From IMG/VR virus record IMGVR_UViG_3300032242_003291, positions 62,001 through 126,000 of that record: a DNA stretch of 64,000 nucleotides; one strand, given 5' to 3'. How positions within the stretch are numbered: position 1 is the stretch's first letter; each line of letters starts with the position of its first letter. Below are positions 1 to 9,044 of the stretch, one piece after another. Below the pieces are notes generated by a model, which had not been told where the DNA came from, did not search any database, and was given only the letters and a program-made list of their open reading frames with translations. Both the position numbers and the translations under genes were made by a program.

Positions 1-1066
1 TATCCAAGTCTTGGAATTCAGTTGCCTTCTTATATTTTCCATTTTGGATGTTTAACCAATATTCTTCTTTGTTGGTATACATTTTACCAATACTCTCGTG
101 TTCGATATATACACGGTCAGGAGCTTCAGCGTTGATATACTTTGTAATGTACTTCAAACCTGCGGCTTTGATACTTGAATTGATTGCTTGTGCTCTACGA
201 ACAGCGTGAATAATATCGATAACGTTATAACCCCAAATTGAAGTCTGAATATAATCTTCGACTTCATTTGCAAGTTTTAATATTGTTTCTTTTCTTGTGA
301 ACGAGTGTTGGGGATGTAATGAATGACAAGCCTTCTTTGGGTCAACACCTAATATTCTACATCTTTCAAATATCCAATGCCAGTCGAAGTTTGCGGAGTT
401 GTATCCACCAATAATACTTGGTTTGATTTCATCAATCACTTTGAAGAATTCAATGATGGCATTCTTCTCCTGAGACTCATCTATACACTCAATTACTCGG
501 TGGTACCCTTTATTCGTTTTGATTCCAATCATGAAAATACGACCATCCTTAGGGTCAAGAGCAGTCGTTTCTAAGTCGAATACAAGTCTGGTAACTTGCT
601 CATAGTCTTCAAAACCTTTGAATAATCTTTTTTCTTTTGAAATTAAGTATTGTTCTACAGGAGGTAGAATCATTATTTTGTCTTTGGATTTTTCACCCCA
701 AGGGTCACAACCACCATCTCTGAAGAATTGAATAAGTTCTCTATATCCTTTAAGAGATTTAACAATATAAGTTAAACCTTTCTCAAGTCTTTCATTACCC
801 TTTGTATCAAGTTTTTCAATCATGATACCATATTTGGACATTGCTTCTTTTTGTGCTGCTTTGGAGTCGCTATAAAATTTTAATCCTCGTAAGTCACCTA
901 CCCAAGCAAATGGGATAAATGTATCCTTACGGATTTCTTTACCTTTGCCAGGTATTTCTTTGATTTTGTAAATTGAATTGGATGCGTAGTCGAACTCGAT
1001 TGCGACTATAAATTCTTCAGGGTCATTACCATGTAAGAATGATTCTATCTCTTCATTAGATATCAT
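1..1066 (-). CDS. Family B DNA polymerase, N-terminal part with 3'-5' exonuclease domain (runs off the left edge; absent from ORF track)
   Basis: Manual translation from ATG at 1066: MISNEEIESFLHGNDPEEF... open to position 1. Contains ExoI VFDLETT and ExoII GGYNSANFDW motifs. Confidence 0.85.
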   Translation of the reverse strand, partial: MISNEEIESFLHGNDPEEFIVAIEFDYASNSIYKIKEIPGKGKEIRKDTFIPFAWVGDLRGLKFYSDSKAAQKEAMSKYGIMIEKLDTKGNERLEKGLTYIVKSLKGYRELIQFFRDGGCDPWGEKSKDKIMILPPVEQYLISKEKRLFKGFEDYEQVTRLVFDLETTALDPKDGRIFMIGIKTNKGYHRVIECIDESQEKNAIIEFFKVIDEIKPSIIGGYNSANFDWHWIFERCRILGVDPKKACHSLHPQHSFTRKETILKLANEVEDYIQTSIWGYNVIDIIHAVRRAQAINSSIKAAGLKYITKYINAEAPDRVYIEHESIGKMYTNKEEYWLNIQNGKYKKATEFQDLD

Positions 1067-1157
1067 AAAATATATTTTTAGATTGGTGTATTAGCTTTCA
1101 CAATACGTGAAATTTACCTTCTTCTATAAATATAAAAAATCTTACTAACTAATCAAA

Positions 1158-1535
1158 TTAACAACAAGCAGTTTCAGAAATAAAACTATCTTGGATATTG
1201 ATATAAAGCTCCTCTCTAATTGGTAATATTAAATTACCCTCATCGTTTTTAATTAAAAACTGACCTTGGTATCTACCCACGGTGTCTGTATCGTATTTTG
1301 TAAACTTAAAATAAATGTAATATTCAGGTGACGCTCCTTCAGGTAAAATTAAATTAACAATTTCACATGGGGCAGAAACAATCTTAGGAATACCCGTTTC
1401 TACATCAACCATAGAAAAATAAATTGATGATACTTCTAATGATTGCATCAGTTCAAGATACCCAGCTCTACCATCTTTTACTACCTGCATTTTCAACACA
1501 GGGAGTGTTGCATTTTTTTTGATAAAAAATTCCAT
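1158..1535 (-). CDS. Hypothetical protein, possibly BppU-N-like virion/baseplate adaptor
   Basis: Start reassigned to MEFFIKKNATLPVLKMQV (ATG 1535), 4 nt after a TATTTAT motif. Beta-rich, ends DTDTVGRYQGQF-type motif. Confidence 0.5.
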   Translation of the reverse strand: MEFFIKKNATLPVLKMQVVKDGRAGYLELMQSLEVSSIYFSMVDVETGIPKIVSAPCEIVNLILPEGASPEYYIYFKFTKYDTDTVGRYQGQFLIKNDEGNLILPIREELYINIQDSFISETACC

Positions 1536-1551
1536 AACAATAAATATATTG

Positions 1552-3228
1552 TTATGACTCTTTACGTAAGTCTCCGCTATAATGTTCAAATCTATTATGT
1601 TCAGTAGGTGTCATCAACAAGATACCAGGATATAACTCCTTTTTTTTGACTAACTGATACATATGACTCATCCAAGTTTGTTCGAAAGGATGTGCCCAAG
1701 TAGTATCCAAAAACATTTTTTTATTTCCTGTTTTACTTACAACTTGAGGCCAATTACAATAGTAAACCTCACCAACAGCATATGGTAATCCCTTATGTAT
1801 TATAATATTTTCGAACAAAGTTTTGGGAGCATTTGGGTCCAACCCTTGAACTGGTAATCTGTTTTTACCAGGCCAAAACTGTTCTCTAACATGTTGGGGA
1901 ACGTTATACCAAGCCCATTGAGTTCCATTGTCTCCATAAAATTCTGAGTAGTTCAACTTTAAAAAATCAAAATTTTCCTTTTTCATTATTTCTAATGACT
2001 TTGTATAAAGATTTGGAATAAATCTATTAAAACCGTTTCTACAAACTTCCCCTTCATGAGGAAAGAAAAACATATCATCTTCAAAAAACAAATAGTAATC
2101 CAAGTCAGTTGTATCAAAGTGCTCAGCAATAAATTGTCTTCCACCACAAATACCTAAATTATCTTTTTTAATATGTGTAAAATTATGTTCTTCACAAAGT
2201 GCTGAGTATTCTTCAAAAGTTGATACATCCGATGAATTATCCAACAAAAATTTTTCTGTCTTAATTAAATAATCCTTATCGTATTCAATCATAGATTTAA
2301 TTAAAGTCCTAAACTGATTCGGACTATTAAATGTTATAACATATAATCCAACTTTTGATGTATCTAAGGTATTAACGCTTTCAATAACTTTAGCTTCATT
2401 CTTTATTTTAAGAGTTTCGTTCTTCAAGTCTTCAAAGAATTTACCTACCAAACCATTTGATTCAATTTCAAAATAATTTATTAAATCTGAATGCTTGTAA
2501 CACATTATACTGAATATTGATTCTTCAGTACCCATGTAACCCTCATCTAAAGTTGTTTTTAACAATGAATAATATATCCCATTAATATCTCCAATCGAGT
2601 CTTTTGGTCCACCAAAAAACCCTCCTCTTGCAACTTTATTTACTTTATCTCCTGCAATAGAATTTAACTTATTATATTCAAACCCATGTATTTCATTTTC
2701 TGCATCATATGGAAAACAAATGAATGAAAATTTAGAAATATATTTTGATAACTTGTCTAAGACTTTATCGTGTGTAAAGTAACCTGGATGTACAGTATTT
2801 GTTAATCCACCATCAATCCAAAAAAGATATTCAGAATTGAATTGGTCCATTATTTTAGCATCATTTAACATGAATACTTTTGACATTACAAGAGGATTAT
2901 AGTTTTCCAATCTTGCTTGAGTTGAATCTTTTAACCATCCTGCTCGATTTGCCCAATCTTCGTTTGTTCTGATTTTTTGAATCATATCAAAAAACTCACT
3001 ATTCCTAAACCAATCTAAAGGTCTAACAATAAATTGAGTATTATCTTTTGACCTTCTCTCAAAAACAAAATCTCTTAGGCTTTCTTCACCAAATATAATC
3101 ATATTGGCGTCTACACCTAACAATGAACTAAATTTATCTAAATAATGTTGATAAGGTCTTGACCAACCTTCTTTAAGTTCATCTCTACCGATATCCCAAA
3201 TACCAGTTACTAAAGTTATATTACTCAT
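1552..3228 (-). CDS. HtrL/YibB-like domain fused to a C-terminal GT-A (GT2-like) glycosyltransferase domain
   Basis: N-half ITLVTGIWDIGR, LFWIDGG, GGFFGG. C-half has DxD-like YYLFFEDDMF and FEQTW. Confidence 0.6.
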   Translation of the reverse strand: MSNITLVTGIWDIGRDELKEGWSRPYQHYLDKFSSLLGVDANMIIFGEESLRDFVFERRSKDNTQFIVRPLDWFRNSEFFDMIQKIRTNEDWANRAGWLKDSTQARLENYNPLVMSKVFMLNDAKIMDQFNSEYLFWIDGGLTNTVHPGYFTHDKVLDKLSKYISKFSFICFPYDAENEIHGFEYNKLNSIAGDKVNKVARGGFFGGPKDSIGDINGIYYSLLKTTLDEGYMGTEESIFSIMCYKHSDLINYFEIESNGLVGKFFEDLKNETLKIKNEAKVIESVNTLDTSKVGLYVITFNSPNQFRTLIKSMIEYDKDYLIKTEKFLLDNSSDVSTFEEYSALCEEHNFTHIKKDNLGICGGRQFIAEHFDTTDLDYYLFFEDDMFFFPHEGEVCRNGFNRFIPNLYTKSLEIMKKENFDFLKLNYSEFYGDNGTQWAWYNVPQHVREQFWPGKNRLPVQGLDPNAPKTLFENIIIHKGLPYAVGEVYYCNWPQVVSKTGNKKMFLDTTWAHPFEQTWMSHMYQLVKKKELYPGILLMTPTEHNRFEHYSGDLRKES

Positions 3229-4105
3229 AAATTCTATTAAATTCTTCTAATATTCTATAAAAACTTTTATTGTTTTGGAACAACTCTTCTGATGTTCCTT
3301 GTGGTGCATTATCTCTACACCACCATATATCAAAATGTTTTCTTACAAATAGTTCTTTATGGTTGAAATACATTAAGGTCATTATTTGTTCTTCATGTGG
3401 TAACCCCTCGTCATTACCCAAAATACTTTGAACATAATTTTCAAACGTAGTTACCATTTCATCCCACTTATCTCTATGTCCACCAAACAATCCACCAATG
3501 ATATGAATACTTCTATCATACTCTTTATACCACTTTGAATTCACAGTTCCTGACCAATAATTTCTATCATTTTCTTTACCAAGGATAAGAAATTTATCTT
3601 GAGTATCCTCGATTAAGTTTTTCAAAAAGTCATTATTAAAGATTGTACTCTCATAAAATCTTCTCATTGGATGTTTATCATAGGTGAGGTATTTCAATGG
3701 AATTAAACCACAATGAGATAACCCTGCATCAATCCAATAATAAAAATCATAAGACTTATCTTCATTCCACCACCAACTCCATTTAGAATATTGAATTTCA
3801 ATACACCTATCACCTTTCTTTATTTCTTCGACATTTTTTCTCAAATTAATTAAATCCTTAAACTTACAATTTGATATGTCAAAAACTTCAAACTTTAATT
3901 GTGATTCAGGTATTTTGTTTTCACCATAAAAAAATTCTTTTAATGAACTAATTTCTCTATCTGAAGTATAACAAAGAAAATCTGCGTCAGTCATCTTTAA
4001 TAAAGATAAAAGACTATATCTGTAGTGACTACCTCTTGCAGGTCTTCCACCTAATTCGGTTCCATTCAAATCGCTATATATAGCTGTTATAAATCTAGTT
4101 GACAT
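3221..4105 (-). CDS. HtrL/YibB-like putative glycosyltransferase
   Basis: FITAIY, YYWIDAGLSH, IGGLFGG and EEQIMT parallel the N-half of the neighbouring gene. Start reassigned to MSTRF (4105). Confidence 0.55.
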   Translation of the reverse strand: MSTRFITAIYSDLNGTELGGRPARGSHYRYSLLSLLKMTDADFLCYTSDREISSLKEFFYGENKIPESQLKFEVFDISNCKFKDLINLRKNVEEIKKGDRCIEIQYSKWSWWWNEDKSYDFYYWIDAGLSHCGLIPLKYLTYDKHPMRRFYESTIFNNDFLKNLIEDTQDKFLILGKENDRNYWSGTVNSKWYKEYDRSIHIIGGLFGGHRDKWDEMVTTFENYVQSILGNDEGLPHEEQIMTLMYFNHKELFVRKHFDIWWCRDNAPQGTSEELFQNNKSFYRILEEFNRIYE

Positions 4106-4838
4106 TGTATTGTAAATGTTGTTTCTGAAGTTTAATGTTTTTATTCCCCTCTTCACTTAAATATTGACCAGGTATTTTAACTGGAGAATATTGGTTCCAA
4201 TTATATGTTTGAGTATAAAAATTGTTGTATTGACCATGAGATACATCAGAATATGAATTCTTTTGTGGAGCTATTGGTAATATTGGACAATAACTTTGAA
4301 TTACAGGATAAACATGTTTGACTAGTTGTTCATCAATAGGAAGAACATAATCACCGCTCTGAAATGCATATTCTTTAATACTTTCCACAAGTTCAAAAGA
4401 AGAAACATCATAAATTAGAATATTAGTTGCAAATGTTTCTGTTAATCTTTCGTTAGGTTTTGGTGGTAGATTAGTTAAATCTAACAACATGTTATATTTG
4501 TCACTAATATTCATTGGTCTATTTAATGTTGGTGCCAAATTCATAACACCAAAATCAATGTATTGAATTTGTTTTTCCAAATCATCAATAAATGATTTTG
4601 CATAAGGCATCACATCACAATCATCTTCAATAACCATCACACGTTTATACCCTCTTTCCTTAGCAATATTTATAATTCCTAAATGAGAAAGAGTACATCC
4701 CATGTAACTGTTTCTGTTAACAGCTTTGAATACTTCGTAGTCCCAACCGATATAATCTAATTCAAATTTAATATTATCTAATCTATCAGGTCTTGTTTCT
4801 AAATTAACTACAAACTTTGGTATTTCGTTGAATTTCAT
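4095..4838 (-). CDS. GT25 family glycosyltransferase (LgtB/Lic2A-like beta-galactosyltransferase family)
   Basis: FVVNLETRPDRL, GCTLSH, VMVIEDD, PIDE motifs. Confidence 0.75.
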   Translation of the reverse strand: MKFNEIPKFVVNLETRPDRLDNIKFELDYIGWDYEVFKAVNRNSYMGCTLSHLGIINIAKERGYKRVMVIEDDCDVMPYAKSFIDDLEKQIQYIDFGVMNLAPTLNRPMNISDKYNMLLDLTNLPPKPNERLTETFATNILIYDVSSFELVESIKEYAFQSGDYVLPIDEQLVKHVYPVIQSYCPILPIAPQKNSYSDVSHGQYNNFYTQTYNWNQYSPVKIPGQYLSEEGNKNIKLQKQHLQYNVN

Positions 4839-6103
4839 TAACTAACAACATTATGATTTAGTTGACCTGTTAATCTATCACACCATCCTTTCGATTCTGA
4901 GTGTGGCCAAACAACCCAATAAGTTGGCATTACAGTAGTTTGGAATTCTCTCCACACTTTACAGTAACCATCAGGGTCTCTCATGAAACCAGCAATCTCA
5001 TTTTTATCAGCATCTTTTCTGAATAATGTTTCATCATTAGGTCCGTGGAATGCAACAACCCAAAAGTCATAATCTTTTTCAGGTACACTAGTATAACCAA
5101 CATCGATACAATGTTTGTATATTGTTGCAAAACTTGCTTTCCATTCTTCTTCATCCTCAATAAACGGACTTGGAGGATATTTTTTATCTAAACAATGTTG
5201 GTCAATTGCTCTTTTTTCAAATAATAAACCAGCATATCTTTCATAATCTCTTAATGTTCTAACAGTACCAAAACCATAAGGACCATCATGACCTTCTTGA
5301 GTTTCACCATCCATACCAAATAATTTTCTATTAGTTAAATGTGAAATTCTATTTTTCTCTCCCCAAGTCTTATCATCATCCCATTGTTTTGTTCTACCTT
5401 TACGAGTGTATTCGTGATAAACTACAGGGATATGTGGGTGGAACAAATCATAACCCCACGTGTAAGCTCTTGCGGCAATTGATATTTCTTCTCCGTGGAA
5501 ATAATATTCAGGATTATGTTGAACCTCAGTCGAAAATTCTCCCGTAGTAAAACAGAAGTGAGCTGAGTAAAATCTTGCAGGTACAGGTTTTGTCATTTCC
5601 CTCCAACCTGGAATTGTTTCAGGTAAAAAGAATACTGCACCTTCAGGAATGAATCTATCAAAAGCCATTCTCCAAGCATCATTTGCTCTTCCCGCAGGGT
5701 CATTCTCGGGGTCAAAAGATGGGACATAACCCGTAAGTAGAGGTTTCTTATACCCATCTTTTTGGAGCCCCTTTACCATCTTAATTAAGATATCATCCCA
5801 ATCTTGTACAAACCTCATGTGAGAATCAATTTGCATTGTATAAGTCTCACCATCATATAATTGTTGCGTTAGGTTTCTTGCCCAACAAACTCCTTTAGCT
5901 TCCTCATAAGGAATATCTAATATTTTGAATCTTTTGTCTGTTCTGAATTCATCTAAGTTGTCGAAACCATCAGTTTCACTGAATTGTCTTGCTATGGAAA
6001 AAACCAAATTCTTGGGTTTCTTGGCGTGTGCAATCATATCCTTTAAGGTAGGGATTAATTGTGGGTCCCTGTATGATGCAATTTGAATAAAAATTTTGCT
6101 CAT
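4838..6103 (-). CDS. GT60 family polypeptide alpha-GlcNAc transferase (Gnt1/OGNT-like)
   Basis: IFIQIASYRD, AKGVCWAR, MQIDSHMRFVQDWD, FHGEEISIAARAYTWGYDLFHP, YHEY match remembered GT60 motifs in order. Confidence 0.82.
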   Translation of the reverse strand: MSKIFIQIASYRDPQLIPTLKDMIAHAKKPKNLVFSIARQFSETDGFDNLDEFRTDKRFKILDIPYEEAKGVCWARNLTQQLYDGETYTMQIDSHMRFVQDWDDILIKMVKGLQKDGYKKPLLTGYVPSFDPENDPAGRANDAWRMAFDRFIPEGAVFFLPETIPGWREMTKPVPARFYSAHFCFTTGEFSTEVQHNPEYYFHGEEISIAARAYTWGYDLFHPHIPVVYHEYTRKGRTKQWDDDKTWGEKNRISHLTNRKLFGMDGETQEGHDGPYGFGTVRTLRDYERYAGLLFEKRAIDQHCLDKKYPPSPFIEDEEEWKASFATIYKHCIDVGYTSVPEKDYDFWVVAFHGPNDETLFRKDADKNEIAGFMRDPDGYCKVWREFQTTVMPTYWVVWPHSESKGWCDRLTGQLNHNVVS

Positions 6104-6126
6104 TTATTATGTTTTGTCTTAAAAAT

Positions 6127-6156
6127 AAAAAACCCCCTACAAAAGTAGAGGGTTTT
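6127..6156. terminator. Intrinsic terminator-like hairpin between the PT-repeat genes and the GT60 gene
   Basis: AAAACCC-CCTAC-AAAA-GTAG-AGGGTTTT with flanking A/T tracts. Confidence 0.65.
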
Positions 6157-6177
6157 ATTTATATAATTTTTTTTATT

Positions 6178-7272
6178 TTACGTATGTGATGGTGTTGGTG
6201 TTGGAGTGTGACTTGTTGTTACGGTTGGTGTTGGGGTGTGAGATGCGGTTGGTGTTGGTGTTGGGGTGTGCGATGCAGTTGGTGTTGGTGTTACACTACA
6301 AAGTGTGCTGTATCCAAGAGTTGCCCCTGTTGCACATCCAATACCGCAATCATTATTTACATAGTAAACTATACCATCAAGAGCGTACCATCCATCAGGA
6401 TTTCCTGTGTTTACACCACCTGGGTCAGAGAAGAATAATGTTGATGCACTAAATTGAGGATGGTTAGTCCAAATCGTTGCATTAGTACTACAACTACAAG
6501 CTTCATCAGCACTTGACTCACTATGACATAAAGAAGTGTGAACGTATCTTGCTGGTTCTGTTGTTGATGGTGTAACTGTCGGTGTTGGAGTTGCAGTTGC
6601 TGTTTGTGTTATTGTTGGTGTAGGTGTTACTAAGTTAGCACATCCTGAAGTGTATTTTCCTGTAACTTCACCGAATCCACCTGATACAACATATAATATT
6701 GTTCCATCAGAGTAGTATCCGTCAGTAGCTCGGAATGTAGTTGTTGAATTAGTATATAATATTTCTGATACTTCAATTGTTGGTCCACCTGACCTTGTAC
6801 CATAATAAGCTGTTTCAGTTGCTCCACAAGCATCGTTTGGTGTTACACCATATCCCAATTGGAATTGATAATTGATTGCTGTTGGTGTAGGTGTTGGTGT
6901 TACCGCTGCCGTTCCTGTTTGAGTTGGTGTAGGTGTTGGTGTTGCTGCTGCCGTTTCTGTTGGAGTTGGTGTTGCCGCTGCCGTTCCTGTTTGAGTTGGT
7001 GTTATACTTGGTGTAGGAGTATTAGTTGGTGTTGTTGTTGGAGTTGGTGTAGGTGTTGCAGTCGCATAAAGTGGAGGGAAAGTTCCTGTATTAACCAATG
7101 CAATTGAGTGGTTAAATGCTGTTGAATAAGTCCCGTTAATCAACCAAATGCTTTTAGTTTCTCCTGGTAATAGTTCAACTTGGTATTCCCACATTGAATC
7201 ATCGCATCTTCTATAATTAAAATTAGTTATAGTAGAGCCTGTATTTGTTACGATATATTTGCTACACGCCAT
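6178..7272 (-). CDS. Mucin-like Thr/Pro-repeat protein with Cys-bracketed beta domains (putative virion surface protein)
   Basis: 364 aa; three globular segments separated by (TP)n linkers; TATTTAT motif 16 nt upstream. Confidence 0.75.
   Translation of the reverse strand: MACSKYIVTNTGSTITNFNYRRCDDSMWEYQVELLPGETKSIWLINGTYSTAFNHSIALVNTGTFPPLYATATPTPTPTTTPTNTPTPSITPTQTGTAAATPTPTETAAATPTPTPTQTGTAAVTPTPTPTAINYQFQLGYGVTPNDACGATETAYYGTRSGGPTIEVSEILYTNSTTTFRATDGYYSDGTILYVVSGGFGEVTGKYTSGCANLVTPTPTITQTATATPTPTVTPSTTEPARYVHTSLCHSESSADEACSCSTNATIWTNHPQFSASTLFFSDPGGVNTGNPDGWYALDGIVYYVNNDCGIGCATGATLGYSTLCSVTPTPTASHTPTPTPTASHTPTPTVTTSHTPTPTPSHT
6628..6876 (-). repeat. 83-codon domain duplicated at 7802..8050
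   Basis: INYQFQLGYGVTPNDAC...YGTRSGGPTIEV...VVSGGFGEVTGKY..GC.NLV occurs in both genes, with many synonymous differences. Confidence 0.9.
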
Positions 7273-7339
7273 TTTTTTATGTTTTCTAATAAATACTACG
7301 AATTACTCTAATTTATTTTTTAGAATATAAAAAATGTTA

Positions 7340-8458
7340 TTAAATACATGAAAAAGGTGAACCAACCACAAAACCATTACTGTTCAATTCAAGAACTGTA
7401 TTAGTGACAGAATAGAATCCTGTCATGTTAATTGTAACAGGTCCTGTACTATTATTATAAAATTGTGTATTGATACCGAAGTTTGGTGAATCACCATAAA
7501 TTAAAACAGCACTGAATTGTGAACAAGCATCTGCAAAATTAGTTCCTGAGTAAGATAAGAATGCATATCTTCTATGTGTTGGCGTTGGCGTTGGTGTGTT
7601 AGATGATGTAATACTTGGTGTTGGCGTATTAGTAGAAGTAACACTTGGTGTTACCGTCACTGTTGGAGTATTAGTTGGTGTTTCAGTATTAGTTGGTGTT
7701 AATGTATTAGTAGGAGTTGGCGTTGGTGTTGATGTTTCTGTTACAGACGGAGTTGGTGTTGGTGTATTTGTTGTTGTTTGTGTTACTGTTGGCGTTGGTG
7801 TTACTAAATTAAGGCAACCATTATTATATTTCCCTGTAACTTCACCAAATCCACCTGATACAACGTATAGTATTGTTCCTTCTGAATAGTATCCATCAGG
7901 TGCTGGAGTAGTTACACTTGCATTTGTGTATAAAATTTCAGTAACCTCAATAGTTGGTCCACCTGACCTTGTACCATAGAAATCAGTATTGAATGTTGAA
8001 CAAGCCTCATTTGGTGTAAATCCATACCCTAACTCAAATTGATAATTTATTGAAGTTGGCGTTTGGGTTAAAGTTGGAGTAGGTGTTGGTGTTTCAGAAC
8101 TTGTAATTGTTGGTGTTGGAGTTTCCGTATTTGTTGGAGTATTAGTTGGAGTCTCTGTAGTTGTTGGAGTTTGAGTTGGTGTTTCAGTATTTGTTGGTGT
8201 TAAATATAAAGTTTCTGTGGGAGTTACTGTTGGTGTTGGAGTTGGTGTCGGAGATGGACAAGGAATACTGATTACATATGTATAAGCATATGTTGATACG
8301 TAACAATCATAATTTCCATACCAATAATCAGTAACATACGTAAATGGGAAAGTTTGTGTTCCTAAATCAATTGTTCCACCAGAACAAGGAAAAAAGGTAA
8401 CATTTGCAGTTTGACCGCTTAAATTATCACTAAAAATTGAAACTCCACAATATGACAT
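7340..8458 (-). CDS. Mucin-like Thr/Pro-repeat protein, paralogue of 6178..7272
   Basis: 372 aa; two long TPT linkers; shares the 83-aa domain; TATTTAT 5 nt upstream. Confidence 0.75.
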   Translation of the reverse strand: MSYCGVSIFSDNLSGQTANVTFFPCSGGTIDLGTQTFPFTYVTDYWYGNYDCYVSTYAYTYVISIPCPSPTPTPTPTVTPTETLYLTPTNTETPTQTPTTTETPTNTPTNTETPTPTITSSETPTPTPTLTQTPTSINYQFELGYGFTPNEACSTFNTDFYGTRSGGPTIEVTEILYTNASVTTPAPDGYYSEGTILYVVSGGFGEVTGKYNNGCLNLVTPTPTVTQTTTNTPTPTPSVTETSTPTPTPTNTLTPTNTETPTNTPTVTVTPSVTSTNTPTPSITSSNTPTPTPTHRRYAFLSYSGTNFADACSQFSAVLIYGDSPNFGINTQFYNNSTGPVTINMTGFYSVTNTVLELNSNGFVVGSPFSCI

Positions 8459-8488
8459 AATATATAAATACTTAAAAAAAATGTTTTA

Positions 8489-9043
8489 TTAAAAACAAAT
8501 ACCGTTATTGATTACAAGTCCATCAGCAAAATCAACTTGAATCCATGTCGCTCCATCAGATATAATATTTCCTTGTAGTGTTGGAGGTATTGTACAAGCC
8601 GCATTTCCGTAAACGTAATCACCCGCAACCAATGATTCGAATGGTATTGCACTGTAAATTGCAACATTTGAAGGACCATTCCCAGCCTCATAACACGCAT
8701 CTTCAAAATAACCTGCAGACCATAAATTATAAACAGGAATATGTGTTTGAGTAATACTTGGTGTAACTGTCGGTGTTGGAGTTGGTGTTTGAGTTATGTT
8801 TGTTGGAGTTGGCGTTGGTGTAAATGATGGTGTTGGAGTAACCGAAGGACATACTCCAATGTAATTTACATTTAGGGGAGCACCATATTCTTCAACATAC
8901 AAATTCAAGGCACATATTTGATGAGACTCTAAAGGATTGATTGGTGTTACACTAATAATACCTGTACATCCTGTCCAAGCATAAAATCCTTGTTGAACGG
9001 TATTGTAGTTGATTATTTCGTAAAAATTACAAATGTCTGACAT
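8489..9043 (-). CDS. Short Thr/Pro-repeat protein with two Cys-containing domains
   Basis: 184 aa; CPSVTPTPSFTPTPTPT linker; C-terminal EDAC...GLVINNGICF domain. Confidence 0.7.
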   Translation of the reverse strand: MSDICNFYEIINYNTVQQGFYAWTGCTGIISVTPINPLESHQICALNLYVEEYGAPLNVNYIGVCPSVTPTPSFTPTPTPTNITQTPTPTPTVTPSITQTHIPVYNLWSAGYFEDACYEAGNGPSNVAIYSAIPFESLVAGDYVYGNAACTIPPTLQGNIISDGATWIQVDFADGLVINNGICF

Positions 9044-9044
9044 G

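Noticed and set aside
377-574. Plus-strand 65-aa ORF
   Set aside because: It lies antisense inside the PolB exonuclease domain.
6186-7889. Plus-strand Val/Gly/Cys/Trp-rich ORFs (6186, 6208, 6630, 6859, 7596)
   Set aside because: They are antisense shadows of the ACA/CCA (Thr/Pro) repeats, and lack promoter or start context.
6628-8050. Duplicated 249-nt segment as a possible DGR template/variable repeat pair
   Set aside because: Differences are spread over all bases and are mostly synonymous, not adenine-specific. Both copies are coding, and no reverse transcriptase is present in the window.
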